Below, piece after piece: positions 8,273 to 17,095 of a stretch of DNA of 26,110 nt. The notes under the pieces were generated by a model. It saw nothing but the letters and a program-made list of their open reading frames with translations, made no database searches and was not told the DNA's origin. Each line of letters starts with the position of its first letter. The first letter of the stretch is position 1. The DNA comes from an archaeon (GTDB taxonomy: Archaea; Iainarchaeota; Iainarchaeia; Iainarchaeales; Iainarchaeaceae). The stretch lies in contig DATDXA010000014.1 of assembly GCA_035289485.1 (NCBI GenBank), positions 1-26,110 of the forward strand, written 5' to 3'. Both the position numbers and the translations under genes were made by a program.

Positions 8273-8797
8273 CTATTTCGCGCTCATTACCTTTTTTTCA
8301 GGGCTCTTTTTCTTTGCAACACGGATTTCAAGAACGCCGTTGTTGAAGCTTGCGCGAACGCTCTCCTCATTTACATTGCACGGGAATTCGATGCGCTTTA
8401 GTGACTTTTTTGAGCCCTTTTCGCTCAGAAGAAGTGAATTTGCGGAAATTTTAAAATCAATGTCCTTGCGCGGGAGGTTTGTTGCATCAACTACTGCAAG
8501 TATTTCGGTCTTGAACTCGATTACTTCAACAAGCGGCTCTGAGTCCATCTTCTTTTTCAGCTCTTCGCCCAAGAATCCGAACTCATCAATGCGCACGCAA
8601 CCCTCGCCATCAAGCGAACATGTGAATGCGATCTTGAATTGTTTTGTAAAATCGACTGTGTCGGTTTCAAAAGTGTCCATGATGTCGGAAATTATGGTCT
8701 CCATTGTCTCGAAATCAACCTGTGATTCTTCAGTAGACCTTTTTTTCCAGTAAGCCGTTTTTTCACCCTCAAAATAACTTCTTCTGAAATTTTTCAT
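8273..8797 (-). CDS. hsp20: Small heat-shock protein (Hsp20/alpha-crystallin, archaeal type)
   Basis: IDEFG...EPLVEVIE and ASFNNGVLEIRVAK alpha-crystallin motif; overlaps the rnhB 3' end. Confidence 0.85.
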   Translation of the reverse strand: MKNFRRSYFEGEKTAYWKKRSTEESQVDFETMETIISDIMDTFETDTVDFTKQFKIAFTCSLDGEGCVRIDEFGFLGEELKKKMDSEPLVEVIEFKTEILAVVDATNLPRKDIDFKISANSLLLSEKGSKKSLKRIEFPCNVNEESVRASFNNGVLEIRVAKKKSPEKKVMSAK

Positions 8798-9419
8798 TCT
8801 TCAATGAACTGATTGTCTGCCAAGAGTGCCTTACTATTTTTGGCAATTCACTATGGTGTAACAAATAATTCTTTAAAAACCTAATTGTCTGCTCATCGTG
8901 CGGGTATCCGGAGCCAACTTCTCCGAATTCTTCTGAAATTTTTTTTATTTCGGCGTCCCTTTCAACTTTTGCAAGTACGGAAGCCGCTGAAACCACCGGA
9001 TAATTCACATCAGCCTTGTGTTCTGAAACAATTTTTACAGGAAATGAGACATATTTTTCTATTCTTTTCCCGAATTCGGCCATCACAACATCCGGAGAGT
9101 CAATATAGATTACATCCGGCCTGCTTTTTAGAGAATTAATCAGTTTTCCGGCATGCATCGCCTCTATTTCATTGAGGCTTTTTCTTTTCATCAGAGCATC
9201 TATCTCTTCAGCTGTGATGTGAGAAGTGTGGCTTTCAACAAGCATTTCTTTTATTTTGGGAAACTGCCTCTCACGCTCTTTTACTGAGAGCATTTTTGAA
9301 TCTTTTACGCCAAGTTCAACAAGCTTTTCCTCATCTTCCTTTTTTACAACCGCAATTGCCATTACAAGCGGTCCAATGCACGGGCCCCTTCCGGCTTCAT
9401 CGATTCCTGCGATAAGCAT
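8769..9419 (-). CDS. rnhB: Ribonuclease HII
   Basis: GIDEAGRGPCIGPLV, VKDSK, EHKAD..YPVVSAASVLAKVERD, GSGYP and VRHSW motifs. Confidence 0.97.
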   Translation of the reverse strand: MLIAGIDEAGRGPCIGPLVMAIAVVKKEDEEKLVELGVKDSKMLSVKERERQFPKIKEMLVESHTSHITAEEIDALMKRKSLNEIEAMHAGKLINSLKSRPDVIYIDSPDVVMAEFGKRIEKYVSFPVKIVSEHKADVNYPVVSAASVLAKVERDAEIKKISEEFGEVGSGYPHDEQTIRFLKNYLLHHSELPKIVRHSWQTISSLKNEKFQKKLF

Positions 9420-9491
9420 TCATATGGAGAAGCGATGACAAAAATAAAAAGGAGCTATCTTGCAAAAATAGAATGAATTGTAAAAAGATTT

Positions 9492-9815
9492 TCACTTGAG
9501 CTGATTGAGCGCCCTGTTCGCGCGGTCAACTTCTCTGTCGCAGCCTTTGCAAACTTCGAGTGTATCAAGTATGAGGCGCTTGTTGTCCCCAGTTGCCATT
9601 ATGGCAACTTCGCTGTAATTTTTCTTGCGCAAAATATCGAATTTTGCATTGAAAGCGGAGTAAAGGTCTCTGAGCGCTGATTGCACCTGCTCTTTTTCAG
9701 GGTTCCTGTCACTGCGGTTCGTGTGCAGGTGCGAACGCCCCATGCAAAGAAGGCAGTTTTTCTTAACAGATCTTTTGAGGTCATATTCATGCAATATTAT
9801 CTGTTCCAAATCCAT
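9492..9815 (-). CDS. Hypothetical protein with two CxxC motifs (putative Zn-binding)
   Basis: 107-aa ORF containing CLLC..RSH and CKGC. Confidence 0.65.
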   Translation of the reverse strand: MDLEQIILHEYDLKRSVKKNCLLCMGRSHLHTNRSDRNPEKEQVQSALRDLYSAFNAKFDILRKKNYSEVAIMATGDNKRLILDTLEVCKGCDREVDRANRALNQLK

Positions 9816-9918
9816 GTACTGAATGCTGTGGACGCTGTATTTAATGGTTTTTCCGCTTTTAAAGGCTGAAAATGTTTATAAGGGAGTTAACCTTACCTGT
9901 TTTGGAAGTGTTCAGGAA

Positions 9919-10536
9919 ATGCCGGCAAACAAAGAGACTGCTGCTCAATTTAACCGATGGCTTGCAAGGCAGCGCGCGAAAGAGAGGCATAACCAATATA
10001 TGGAGTACCTAAGAACGAAGCCAAAAGTCCGGATTGATGGCAAGCGCCCATATCCTGAGTTAAAACTTTTTTTCAGGGAGCTTCTAACAGGGTTGTCACT
10101 TTCCAGAAAACTTGCCCATAAAAATGAAAAAATAACTGCTGAAGATGTAAATCCAAAGAAGTGGCTGAATAAAGATTTTCTGGCACTATCTTCTAAAAAA
10201 CAGAAAGTGATGTTTAGAAATGTTAGCTCCGCATTAGTGACATTATCAAACAAGACCATTTCTTTAAGTGAGACAATATCGGCTTATCCTGATACTATTT
10301 CACAGCCGAAAACCAGAAAAGAAATTTTCCGAATAGCAAATGAATTTGACAGAGTAAATTCTGAGTTGAAAAAAATTGTGACAGATGATTACATGAGCGC
10401 TACAGGGAAAGGATTTTTTGGGGCGCAAGAAAATCGCTACATTGGGTCAGTTTGGCACAGAGTGGCCCACACTATTCCGGATTTATTAAGAAAAGCAGTT
10501 GATGAGGAAAAAATAATTAGAGAAAGAAAAAAATGA
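9919..10536 (+). CDS. Hypothetical basic protein
   Basis: Long AT-rich open frame; likely ATG at 9919 (MPANKETAA) downstream of TTTATAA at 9875-9881; no recognisable motif. Confidence 0.65.
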   Translation: MPANKETAAQFNRWLARQRAKERHNQYMEYLRTKPKVRIDGKRPYPELKLFFRELLTGLSLSRKLAHKNEKITAEDVNPKKWLNKDFLALSSKKQKVMFRNVSSALVTLSNKTISLSETISAYPDTISQPKTRKEIFRIANEFDRVNSELKKIVTDDYMSATGKGFFGAQENRYIGSVWHRVAHTIPDLLRKAVDEEKIIRERKK

Positions 10537-10553
10537 AGAAAGAAATGATGGCT

Positions 10554-11462
10554 TTACGCCACCACTTCTATGTTGAGCCTCTTTTTGAGCTCCCTGTACC
10601 TGTTTCTTATTGTAACTTCGGTTACTCCCGCAACGTTTGCGACTTCTTTTTGTGTCCTGCGCTCGCCTTTCAGAAGGCCAGCGATGTACACAGCCGCTGC
10701 CGCAACTCCGGTAGGCCCGCGTCCTGAGATTAGCCCGTTCTTGATTGCTTCCTCAAGGATTTTTCTCCCCTCTTCTTGCACTTCACCTGAAAGGTTCAGT
10801 TCTGAAGCAAACCTTGGGATGTAGTGTATAGGGTTTGTGAGCGGTATATCCAATTTGAGCTCGCGCACAAGGAACCTATAGGTCCTTCCGATTTCCTTCT
10901 TTGTAAGCCCTGAGGCTTCCGCCATTTCATTTAGTGTCCTTGGAACATTGTAGTTTCTGCACACCGTGTAGAGTACAGCCGCAACAACCGCTTCAATTAG
11001 CCTTCCGCGAATGAGCCCTTTCTTTACAGTTTTCCTGTAGAGAAGTGCCGCAGCCTCTATTAGCTGCTCTGGCGTGTTGAGATAGCTCGCAATCCTGCGC
11101 AGTTCAGTTAGCGCAATTGAGAGATTTCTCTGCATTGAAGAGCTTATAGATGCCCTCTTGTGCCACTTAATGAGCCTGTACATTTGCGCCCTGCTCTTTG
11201 AGGAAAGCTTGTTGCCCCTAAGATCAGTTCCGCGCCTGTCAATCATTGTGACAAGCCCCTTATTCAGCTTGACGTATTTCATTGGAGAGCCGGTTCTTGA
11301 CCTCTCCTCAGCCTGGTCTGAATCAAAGCTTCTCCATTCCTTGCCGAAATCAACTTCATCTTCAGAAATTATTAGCCCGCATGCGCCGCAGACTATTTCG
11401 CCTTTTTCTTCATCGCGCATTACTTTTGCACTGCCGCATTCAGGGCATTTCACATCAGCCAT
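10554..11462 (-). CDS. tfb: Transcription initiation factor IIB (TFB)
   Basis: Zn ribbon CPECG...CGACG, EWRSF B-reader, two cyclin repeats and VAGVTEVTIRNRYREL; GGAGTGA RBS before ATG 11462. Confidence 0.98.
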   Translation of the reverse strand: MADVKCPECGSAKVMRDEEKGEIVCGACGLIISEDEVDFGKEWRSFDSDQAEERSRTGSPMKYVKLNKGLVTMIDRRGTDLRGNKLSSKSRAQMYRLIKWHKRASISSSMQRNLSIALTELRRIASYLNTPEQLIEAAALLYRKTVKKGLIRGRLIEAVVAAVLYTVCRNYNVPRTLNEMAEASGLTKKEIGRTYRFLVRELKLDIPLTNPIHYIPRFASELNLSGEVQEEGRKILEEAIKNGLISGRGPTGVAAAAVYIAGLLKGERRTQKEVANVAGVTEVTIRNRYRELKKRLNIEVVA

Positions 11463-11617
11463 TGAATCACTCCCATATAGATTCCCTAGTTTCCCCCCAC
11501 AGGAAACTCGCCTCAAAACCCAACAAAAATTGAAAATTTAGATGAGTAAAGGGAACTAATATACTTCGTACCCTCATCCTTTATAAATTTTGCGGTTTAT
11601 TCGAAGAATTAGAAATT

Positions 11618-12124
11618 TTACTTATTATGGCTTGTTTTGGCTTTCTTAGCCTTTTTATCGCTATTTTTGGCTTTTTTGGTTTCCTTTTTTTCCTGCAAAG
11701 CGCTGCGATAATCTTTAATAAGTATGCCGCTAATCGTGCCGTTTTGCCCAGGCCTTGAAGTGACTTTTACGAAATTTTCAGAACCACCGGCTTTTACTTT
11801 GAGCACCGCGCCCCTTGTGATTACATTCCTTCTTGCAAACTGCGCATCCGCGTTGTTCTCAACTACGGAAATAATCTCATATTTGCCCATTTTTCCTGAA
11901 CCGGGCTCTGCTGCAGTTACTTCCCTTTCAAGCTTGACCTTGGTTTTATAGGTGTTTCCAAGGCCTTTTGCAACGTACCTGTCAACTTCATCGTCTTCAT
12001 CAATTGCAATGGTTGTGTGCGCTGGGTCCCCGCCTTTCCAAATAAGCCTCTTATCTGAGCGCCTTATTGTCATGCGCTTTCCGCCCGAAACCTTTGTTTG
12101 GGATTTTGAGTGCCACTGTGTCAT
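11618..12124 (-). CDS. rps8e: 30S ribosomal protein S8e
   Basis: QWHSKS..KVSGG, VVENNAD..FARRNVITRGAV and VTSRPGQNG motifs; Lys-rich C-terminal extension. Confidence 0.95.
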   Translation of the reverse strand: MTQWHSKSQTKVSGGKRMTIRRSDKRLIWKGGDPAHTTIAIDEDDEVDRYVAKGLGNTYKTKVKLEREVTAAEPGSGKMGKYEIISVVENNADAQFARRNVITRGAVLKVKAGGSENFVKVTSRPGQNGTISGILIKDYRSALQEKKETKKAKNSDKKAKKAKTSHNK

Positions 12125-12168
12125 TTTGAAAAACCTTTTTTAAGCCAAAGAGCGTAGGATACAATAGC

Positions 12169-12711
12169 ATGATTCCAATAAAGAGCGGAAAAAGACGCTA
12201 TAGCCTGCTTATTGGCAGAATTACTGAATTCTATAGCGCCACTATTAAAAAGCTTGCGCTTATTCAAAAGCGCGGATTTGCTCAAATCGCCCCTGCTTCT
12301 AAAATAGCCGGAGTTAGGCATATTTGCGCCGCGCTCGAGCACGCCATTTCCGCAGGGGAAAACGGCGGCGCATTCACAAAAAACCTTGAACTGGAATTTC
12401 TTGTGCGCCTTTTTGGGGAGAAGCAGCTAAACGCCGCGCTTTCGAAAGCGGAATTTGGGGATGAGGATGTTGCTCTGCTCATTGAATCCGGGGCGGGAGC
12501 AAAAGCAACAAAAAAAATCGTGGAAATAAAAAAAGCCCTGAACTTTGAAGAAATTAAAGGCATCAAAGCAAGCGCGCTTGGAAAAAACAAAAAAGAACTT
12601 ATGGAATTTTACAAAATCGGCGAAACTGAACTCGCAACGCTTTCAGATTTGGATGATGCGCTCGAAGAATTGGTGATTGAGAGGATTTCATTTGTGGCGC
12701 TTGAGAGATGA
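12169..12711 (+). CDS. cgi121: KEOPS complex subunit Cgi121
   Basis: IAGVRHICAALEHA, TKNLELEFLVRLFGEKQLNAAL and C-terminal LEELVIERIS match the Cgi121 pattern. Confidence 0.82.
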   Translation: MIPIKSGKRRYSLLIGRITEFYSATIKKLALIQKRGFAQIAPASKIAGVRHICAALEHAISAGENGGAFTKNLELEFLVRLFGEKQLNAALSKAEFGDEDVALLIESGAGAKATKKIVEIKKALNFEEIKGIKASALGKNKKELMEFYKIGETELATLSDLDDALEELVIERISFVALER

Positions 12712-12716
12712 CGCTG

Positions 12717-13109
12717 TCAAAGCATCTCCTTTTTCACCTGCGCAAACCTTGCAAAGTGCCGGTCTTTTGTGAACACCCCAAATCCATTTTCCTCCGCTGT
12801 CGCCGCAACTATGCAGTCTATGAGGCCGACCTGCCTTCCTTTTTGCTTTGGGCTATTCACTGTATGCCAGAGCATTCCCGCCCTTAAAAAACTCCTTTTT
12901 GAAACGCCAAGCATTCCGTTGCAGGATTTTTCCACGAGCGCTTCTATTTCCAGCGGATTAAAATTGTTTGAAATGCACCATTTTGAGAGTTCGGCAAAAG
13001 TGATGTCAAGGGCAAAGCACTCATTTTTTTCCAAAATATCCTTTGCCCTTTTTCCCAGCTGGGAGCCCAAAAGGATTTCTGCCCAAACCGAGGTATCAAC
13101 GACGTACAT
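12717..13109 (-). CDS. vapC: PIN-domain toxin (VapC)
   Basis: VVDTSVWAE, TFAEL, GLIDCIVAATA and FTKDRHF PIN motifs; start overlaps the antitoxin stop (TAATG). Confidence 0.92.
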   Translation of the reverse strand: MYVVDTSVWAEILLGSQLGKRAKDILEKNECFALDITFAELSKWCISNNFNPLEIEALVEKSCNGMLGVSKRSFLRAGMLWHTVNSPKQKGRQVGLIDCIVAATAEENGFGVFTKDRHFARFAQVKKEML

Positions 13110-13315
13110 TAAAACTCCCTGTCCTTTTCTTCCCTTCGAAACGGCTTTGCGCCCTTCATTGCGCCAAACAGCTTTTTCAGTGCTTCGGCTTTTTTCGGAT
13201 TTATAACGCTAAACTGCACTGTCTGGTTGAACTTGAGGTTGTTCTCCACCATGTCCTTCTTTTTTATTGAAATGGCCACCGAATTGCCAAGCCTTACGAT
13301 TTTTCCTTCAATCAT
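13109..13315 (-). CDS. vapB: AbrB/MazE-fold antitoxin (VapB)
   Basis: KIVRLGNSVAISI swapped-hairpin motif; GGTGA RBS; directly upstream of the PIN toxin. Confidence 0.85.
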   Translation of the reverse strand: MIEGKIVRLGNSVAISIKKKDMVENNLKFNQTVQFSVINPKKAEALKKLFGAMKGAKPFRREEKDREF

Positions 13316-13333
13316 TCAAATCACCCTAATGTA

Positions 13334-13348
13334 ATAACATGTTATAAC
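13334..13348. promoter_or_regulatory. Palindromic operator upstream of vapBC
   Basis: Perfect 12-bp palindrome ATAACATGTTAT (13334-13345) overlapping a second palindrome, GTTATAAC (13341-13348). Confidence 0.55.
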
Positions 13349-13385
13349 TTATTTTAATTCTTTGCGCTTTTCCCAAAAGTTCGCG

Positions 13386-15644
13386 TCATTCCTCACCCTT
13401 ATAATATTCATTCAGAACCTCATGTATTTTCGCAGCTTTAATCGGCCCCATCTTCTCAACTTCCTGAAGCTCCTTAATCGAGGCATTTACAATCGTTCTG
13501 ATGCTCCCGAATTTGCGCAAAAGTGCGTGCGCAAGCTGCGGACCGACAAGGGGAAAGCCTTCAAGCACATACTGCTGTTGCTGCTCGGTTGTAAGCCCTT
13601 TTCTTCCAACGCGCAGGCGGATTTCATTGTCCTTTCCTGTCTGCTCGCGCTTTGCAATCTGATACACTAGTTTTGCGGTTTCATCATCATCCGCAGAATA
13701 GAGAATCGGCACGCGGTAATTAAGTGCAATCGAAGCGAGAACCCCGCGGATTGCGTTTTCATGGATGTTGCGCGTCGTGTAGAGTTCGCGCGGGTCGCCT
13801 TCAAGTATAATGAGAGGCGCCGAGTAGTTCTGCGCCATTGAAGAGAGCTGGTTAAAGAGCCTGCCATCAAAAACCGAGCTCAAAAAATCATCAACCGTTT
13901 TCCTCTCCACGACAACATCATCGCTCAAAATATAATCCCCGACTTCAAGCTGCTTTACCTGTATCACAGCATCATAATTCTTGAGCTTAGTGATAACACC
14001 CGAAGCCTGCTCGCGCGTATCAACATAAATTATCACCTTGTCAGCGTACCCTGGAGTGTATTTCATCAGCGTCATCTGCTGGTCGAGTTTTTTTTGCGGG
14101 ATCAGCTGCGGCTTTTGCATATCCCGCAAGGTGGCTTTCATCTTTCGCTCCTTTGCCATTCCAGAATAATAAAACGCCTCATCGCGCGTATCTTTTGCAA
14201 GAAGAATAATCACTTTCCCTTCGCTTTTTCTGCCCGTGCGCCCGCGCCTCTGAATAGAGCGTATTTCAGATGGCACGGGTTCATAGAGCACAACCAAATC
14301 AACTTCTGGAATATCAAGCCCCTCTTCTGCAACGCTTGAGGCAAGAAGCGTGTTGTACTTGCCTTCCTTCAAATCAATAAGTATTTGCACCTGCTCTTTT
14401 TGCGTAAGGCCCCTGTCTTCGCCTTTGGTTGCCTGCCCAATGAAGCGCGCCGCTTTTATGCTCTCAATCGGCGCAAGGTATCGCTCAATTGCGCGGATGT
14501 TATTTCGGTAGTGGTTGAAAACTATGACCTTGCTTTCAGGTTTTTTGTGGAACTGATCAACAAGAATATGCTTTAGCGCCTCGAGTTTTGGGTGCACCTG
14601 CTTTTCTTTTACAAGCTGCTCTGAGAGCGCCCGCGCCTTCATGATGTTGCTGTCCGCCATCACGGTTTTCACTGCCTTTGATGAGCCGCTTAAAGCGCTA
14701 TCAGATGCCATTTTTTCCATGTACTCGTGCAGAGAATCTGTCCCCTGCGTTTCAAGCAGTGTGAGCGCGTGCGAAACCTTGAGAAGCGCGGCAATTCTCG
14801 AAGCCGCAAGGTAGAGCGATGGCTGGGTTTTGCCGTGCGAAACAATATCGCGCCTTATTTGCCCCTGCAGCATCAGCATGTCCTTGCGCGAGAAATACTT
14901 CTTGCCGATTCCAAAGCCCATTTTTTTTATGATTTCAATCTGCTCTTTCTGGAACCTATCAAGCAGCACCTTCGCTTCGAGGAATTTGGGCGGGAGGTCC
15001 ACTTTTACCCATTCCACCTTAATCTGATTCACATAACCCTTCACATCTTCATCATCGTGAGTTTTGATTTCGACATTTTTTATGAAAAGGTTTCTGCAAA
15101 CACTCTGGATTTTCTCCTCCTCGCCACCAGGAGATGCCGTGAGCGCGAGAATCAGCGGGTTTTCACAGTGCCGCACGTACTGCTCTGCTATGAAAACGTA
15201 ACTATAGTCCCCGATTGCTCGGTGGCTTTCATCAAAAACCACCAAACCGAAATCCTTGAGCGTAATTTCGCCTGACACCAGGTCATTTTGTATGGTTTGA
15301 GGGGTCGCTGAGATAATTTTTGCCTGCTCAAATGCTTTTCTGCGCTTCTCAGGGGCGATTGTTCCTGTGAGCACAATCATATCCTCATCTGCGATGTTGA
15401 GAAACTTCTTCATGCTCCTCTCATGCTGCACTGCAAGCGGCTTTGTTGGCGCCATGAAGAGCACTTTCTTTCCGGCTTTTAGAACTTCGGCTGAAACTAG
15501 AACCGCAACAACGGTTTTTCCAAGCGCTGTGGGCGCGACAAGAAGCGTACTTCCTTTTTCGAGGATGCGCGCTGCGAGAACTTCCTGGTATAATTTTGAT
15601 TCAACAGTTTCAGGCTTGATGAATGGGTGCGAAATGAACGCCAT
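13386..15644 (-). CDS. hef: Hef / FANCM-like DEAH helicase fused to an ERCC4 (XPF) nuclease with HhH
   Basis: APTALGKT, DESHRA, LTASPG, SVAEEGLDIPEVD and QRRGRTGR helicase motifs; VDTRE, GDY and VERKT..D nuclease motifs. True start is probably ATG 15644 (MAFISHPFIKP). Confidence 0.96.
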   Translation of the reverse strand: MAFISHPFIKPETVESKLYQEVLAARILEKGSTLLVAPTALGKTVVAVLVSAEVLKAGKKVLFMAPTKPLAVQHERSMKKFLNIADEDMIVLTGTIAPEKRRKAFEQAKIISATPQTIQNDLVSGEITLKDFGLVVFDESHRAIGDYSYVFIAEQYVRHCENPLILALTASPGGEEEKIQSVCRNLFIKNVEIKTHDDEDVKGYVNQIKVEWVKVDLPPKFLEAKVLLDRFQKEQIEIIKKMGFGIGKKYFSRKDMLMLQGQIRRDIVSHGKTQPSLYLAASRIAALLKVSHALTLLETQGTDSLHEYMEKMASDSALSGSSKAVKTVMADSNIMKARALSEQLVKEKQVHPKLEALKHILVDQFHKKPESKVIVFNHYRNNIRAIERYLAPIESIKAARFIGQATKGEDRGLTQKEQVQILIDLKEGKYNTLLASSVAEEGLDIPEVDLVVLYEPVPSEIRSIQRRGRTGRKSEGKVIILLAKDTRDEAFYYSGMAKERKMKATLRDMQKPQLIPQKKLDQQMTLMKYTPGYADKVIIYVDTREQASGVITKLKNYDAVIQVKQLEVGDYILSDDVVVERKTVDDFLSSVFDGRLFNQLSSMAQNYSAPLIILEGDPRELYTTRNIHENAIRGVLASIALNYRVPILYSADDDETAKLVYQIAKREQTGKDNEIRLRVGRKGLTTEQQQQYVLEGFPLVGPQLAHALLRKFGSIRTIVNASIKELQEVEKMGPIKAAKIHEVLNEYYKGEE

Positions 15645-15692
15645 GAGTTGATTCTGTGTGAAATTGGTTTTAAATGGTTTCAGGGGTTCGGT

Positions 15693-15765
15693 GCCGGTGC
15701 CACGCAACCGTTGCGTCGGTTGGGTGCGCATACGGCCGTCCCGCTTACAGCGGGACATAAGTTTT
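15693..15765 (+). ncRNA. Candidate structured intergenic RNA (two stable hairpins); strand uncertain
   Basis: Long imperfect hairpin at 15693-15736 and a perfect 8-bp stem GTCCCGCT-TAC-AGCGGGAC at 15738-15756; TTTTAAAT at 15668-15675 upstream and a T-run downstream. Confidence 0.35.
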
Positions 15766-15931
15766 CATGCCACTTGAAAATGAAAAAATGTGGTTGCTTG
15801 CTTTGAATTTCAATGCAAGCCTGCATCCGCTTTTTCACGCAAAATCGGGGCTTTTTAGGGGCTTTTTAGCCCAAAATAACCCCTTATTTTAAATTAATTT
15901 GCTCAGGAATGGTTTTTAGAGGTGGGTTTAG

Positions 15932-16150
15932 ATGGGGAACCAGATATTGCCTTTGGCTGCGGTGGACCGCATTATAAGAAAAGCGGGCGCAGGAAGGGTT
16001 AGCGAAGATGCGGTGGTAGCGCTCGCAGAAGTTCTTGAAGAGGAAGGCGTCAAAATCAGCCAGCAGGCTTCGGAGTTTGCAAAGCACGCAAACCGCAAGA
16101 CGGTTGTCGGCGCGGATATCAGACTTGCGCTAAAGCAGTTGAAGGGTTAG
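15932..16150 (+). CDS. Archaeal histone (HMf/HTk family)
   Basis: [22 protein letters not shown]...[10 protein letters not shown]...DIRLA histone fold; GAGGTG RBS and TTTTAAAT upstream. Confidence 0.97.
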   Translation: MGNQILPLAAVDRIIRKAGAGRVSEDAVVALAEVLEEEGVKISQQASEFAKHANRKTVVGADIRLALKQLKG

Positions 16151-16327
16151 TTATTCTTTGGGAAATTTAATTTTCTTCAAATTAATCGGTTTAAATATTG
16201 TATTCGTAGGTACCGGTTCAGAACCAGCCTTAATTCTCTCAAGCTGCTCAGGAGTTATCCTAGGGCTCCTAAAAGAACGGCGCGCTGGAAACTTGTTGAT
16301 TTTTTTAATAGGCTTGAAAGGCATCAT
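16151..16327 (-). CDS. Small basic hypothetical protein (58 aa), absent from the ORF track
   Basis: Manual translation: MMPFKPIKKINKFPARRSFRSPRITPEQLERIKAGSEPVPTNTIFKPINLKKIKFPKE*. It fills the gap and its stop abuts the histone stop. Confidence 0.5.
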   Translation of the reverse strand: MMPFKPIKKINKFPARRSFRSPRITPEQLERIKAGSEPVPTNTIFKPINLKKIKFPKE

Positions 16328-16356
16328 AAATTTACACTTTTTCTTTTCCGCTAGCG

Positions 16357-16388
16357 CTTTTCTTTTTTCGTGTAACGAAAAAGAAAAG
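16357..16388 (-). terminator. T-rich inverted repeat downstream of the KaiC-like gene
   Basis: CTTTTCTTTTTTCG-TGTAA-CGAAAAAGAAAAG near-perfect inverted repeat; on the minus strand TTTTCTTTTT follows the stop codon almost immediately. Confidence 0.4.
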
Positions 16389-16390
16389 GG

Positions 16391-17095
16391 CTATTTTAGG
16401 GCTTCCCAGAGTATTTCATCCTTCGGCCGCACTTCAATCCCATCGGACGTTATCGTGAAAGGGTGCACGGTTGCGCTGTGGTTTGTCCCGCGCATTTTCT
16501 TGACAAAAATGCTCCTATTAGGGGGCACAAAATACATTGCAATTACGGAATCTGCAACGTAATCCTCAACTCCGAATGCGTTATAATCAGTTTTTCTCCC
16601 CCGAGTTTCTGCAATCAGCATTGTTGTGCAGCCAAGCTCTCGGAGCGATTCCGCAAATGAATATAGCATGTGCCGGATTTTGCCCCTCTCCGCAATCCAA
16701 ACTCCAAGCGCGGTGGTTGAATCGACAACAAGGCGCTTGCAGCCCATGTCCTTTACAAGCTGGGCGATTACCTTCATCTCCTCCTCTATTTGAGACTCCA
16801 CGTTTTCCTGCGTGTGAAGGTTCATCCGGTATATTTTGAGCTTGTTTGCTTCCTGCAATGGCTTGAGGTCCCAGCCAAACGATTCTATGTTCCAGATTAT
16901 GTTTTGCAAATTGCCTTCAAGCGAGATGTAAAGCCCGGGCTCTTTGTACAATTTCGCCCCTGCAATGAGATAGCTAAGGCCGAAAATGGTTTTGCCAGTT
17001 CCCGAGCCGCCTGAAACCAGTATTGTCGAGCCTTTCGGAAAGCCGCCCTCTATTAACTCATCAAATCCTTTTATCCCAGACCTTATCCTTTCCAT
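16391..17095 (-). CDS. KaiC/RAD55 (RecA-superfamily) single-domain ATPase
   Basis: SGIKGFDELIEGGFPKGS, GGSGTGKT Walker A, RLVVDS Walker B and KMRGTNH motifs. Confidence 0.92.
   Translation of the reverse strand: MERIRSGIKGFDELIEGGFPKGSTILVSGGSGTGKTIFGLSYLIAGAKLYKEPGLYISLEGNLQNIIWNIESFGWDLKPLQEANKLKIYRMNLHTQENVESQIEEEMKVIAQLVKDMGCKRLVVDSTTALGVWIAERGKIRHMLYSFAESLRELGCTTMLIAETRGRKTDYNAFGVEDYVADSVIAMYFVPPNRSIFVKKMRGTNHSATVHPFTITSDGIEVRPKDEILWEALK

Noticed and set aside
8106..8753. 215-aa plus-strand ORF
   Set aside because: Antisense shadow of hsp20 that overlaps scpB; Ser/Phe-rich composition typical of reverse frames.
14727..15275. 182-aa plus-strand ORF
   Set aside because: Antisense shadow within hef.
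15645..15758. N-terminal extension of Hef given by the ORF track (start 15758)
   Set aside because: Hef homology begins at MAFISHP (15644), which has a TATA box about 25 nt upstream. The extension runs through the promoter and hairpin region.
15738..15765. H/ACA guide RNA (hairpin followed by ACA-NNN) or tRNA fragment (GGTTCG at 15685)
   Set aside because: No pseudouridylation pocket or K-turn/K-loop is visible, the ACA overlaps the stem, and no cloverleaf can be built.
16391..17095. Circadian KaiC or an archaellum FlaH system
   Set aside because: Single-domain RAD55/KaiC-like ATPase with no kaiA/kaiB or archaellum genes nearby; such paralogues are common in archaea.
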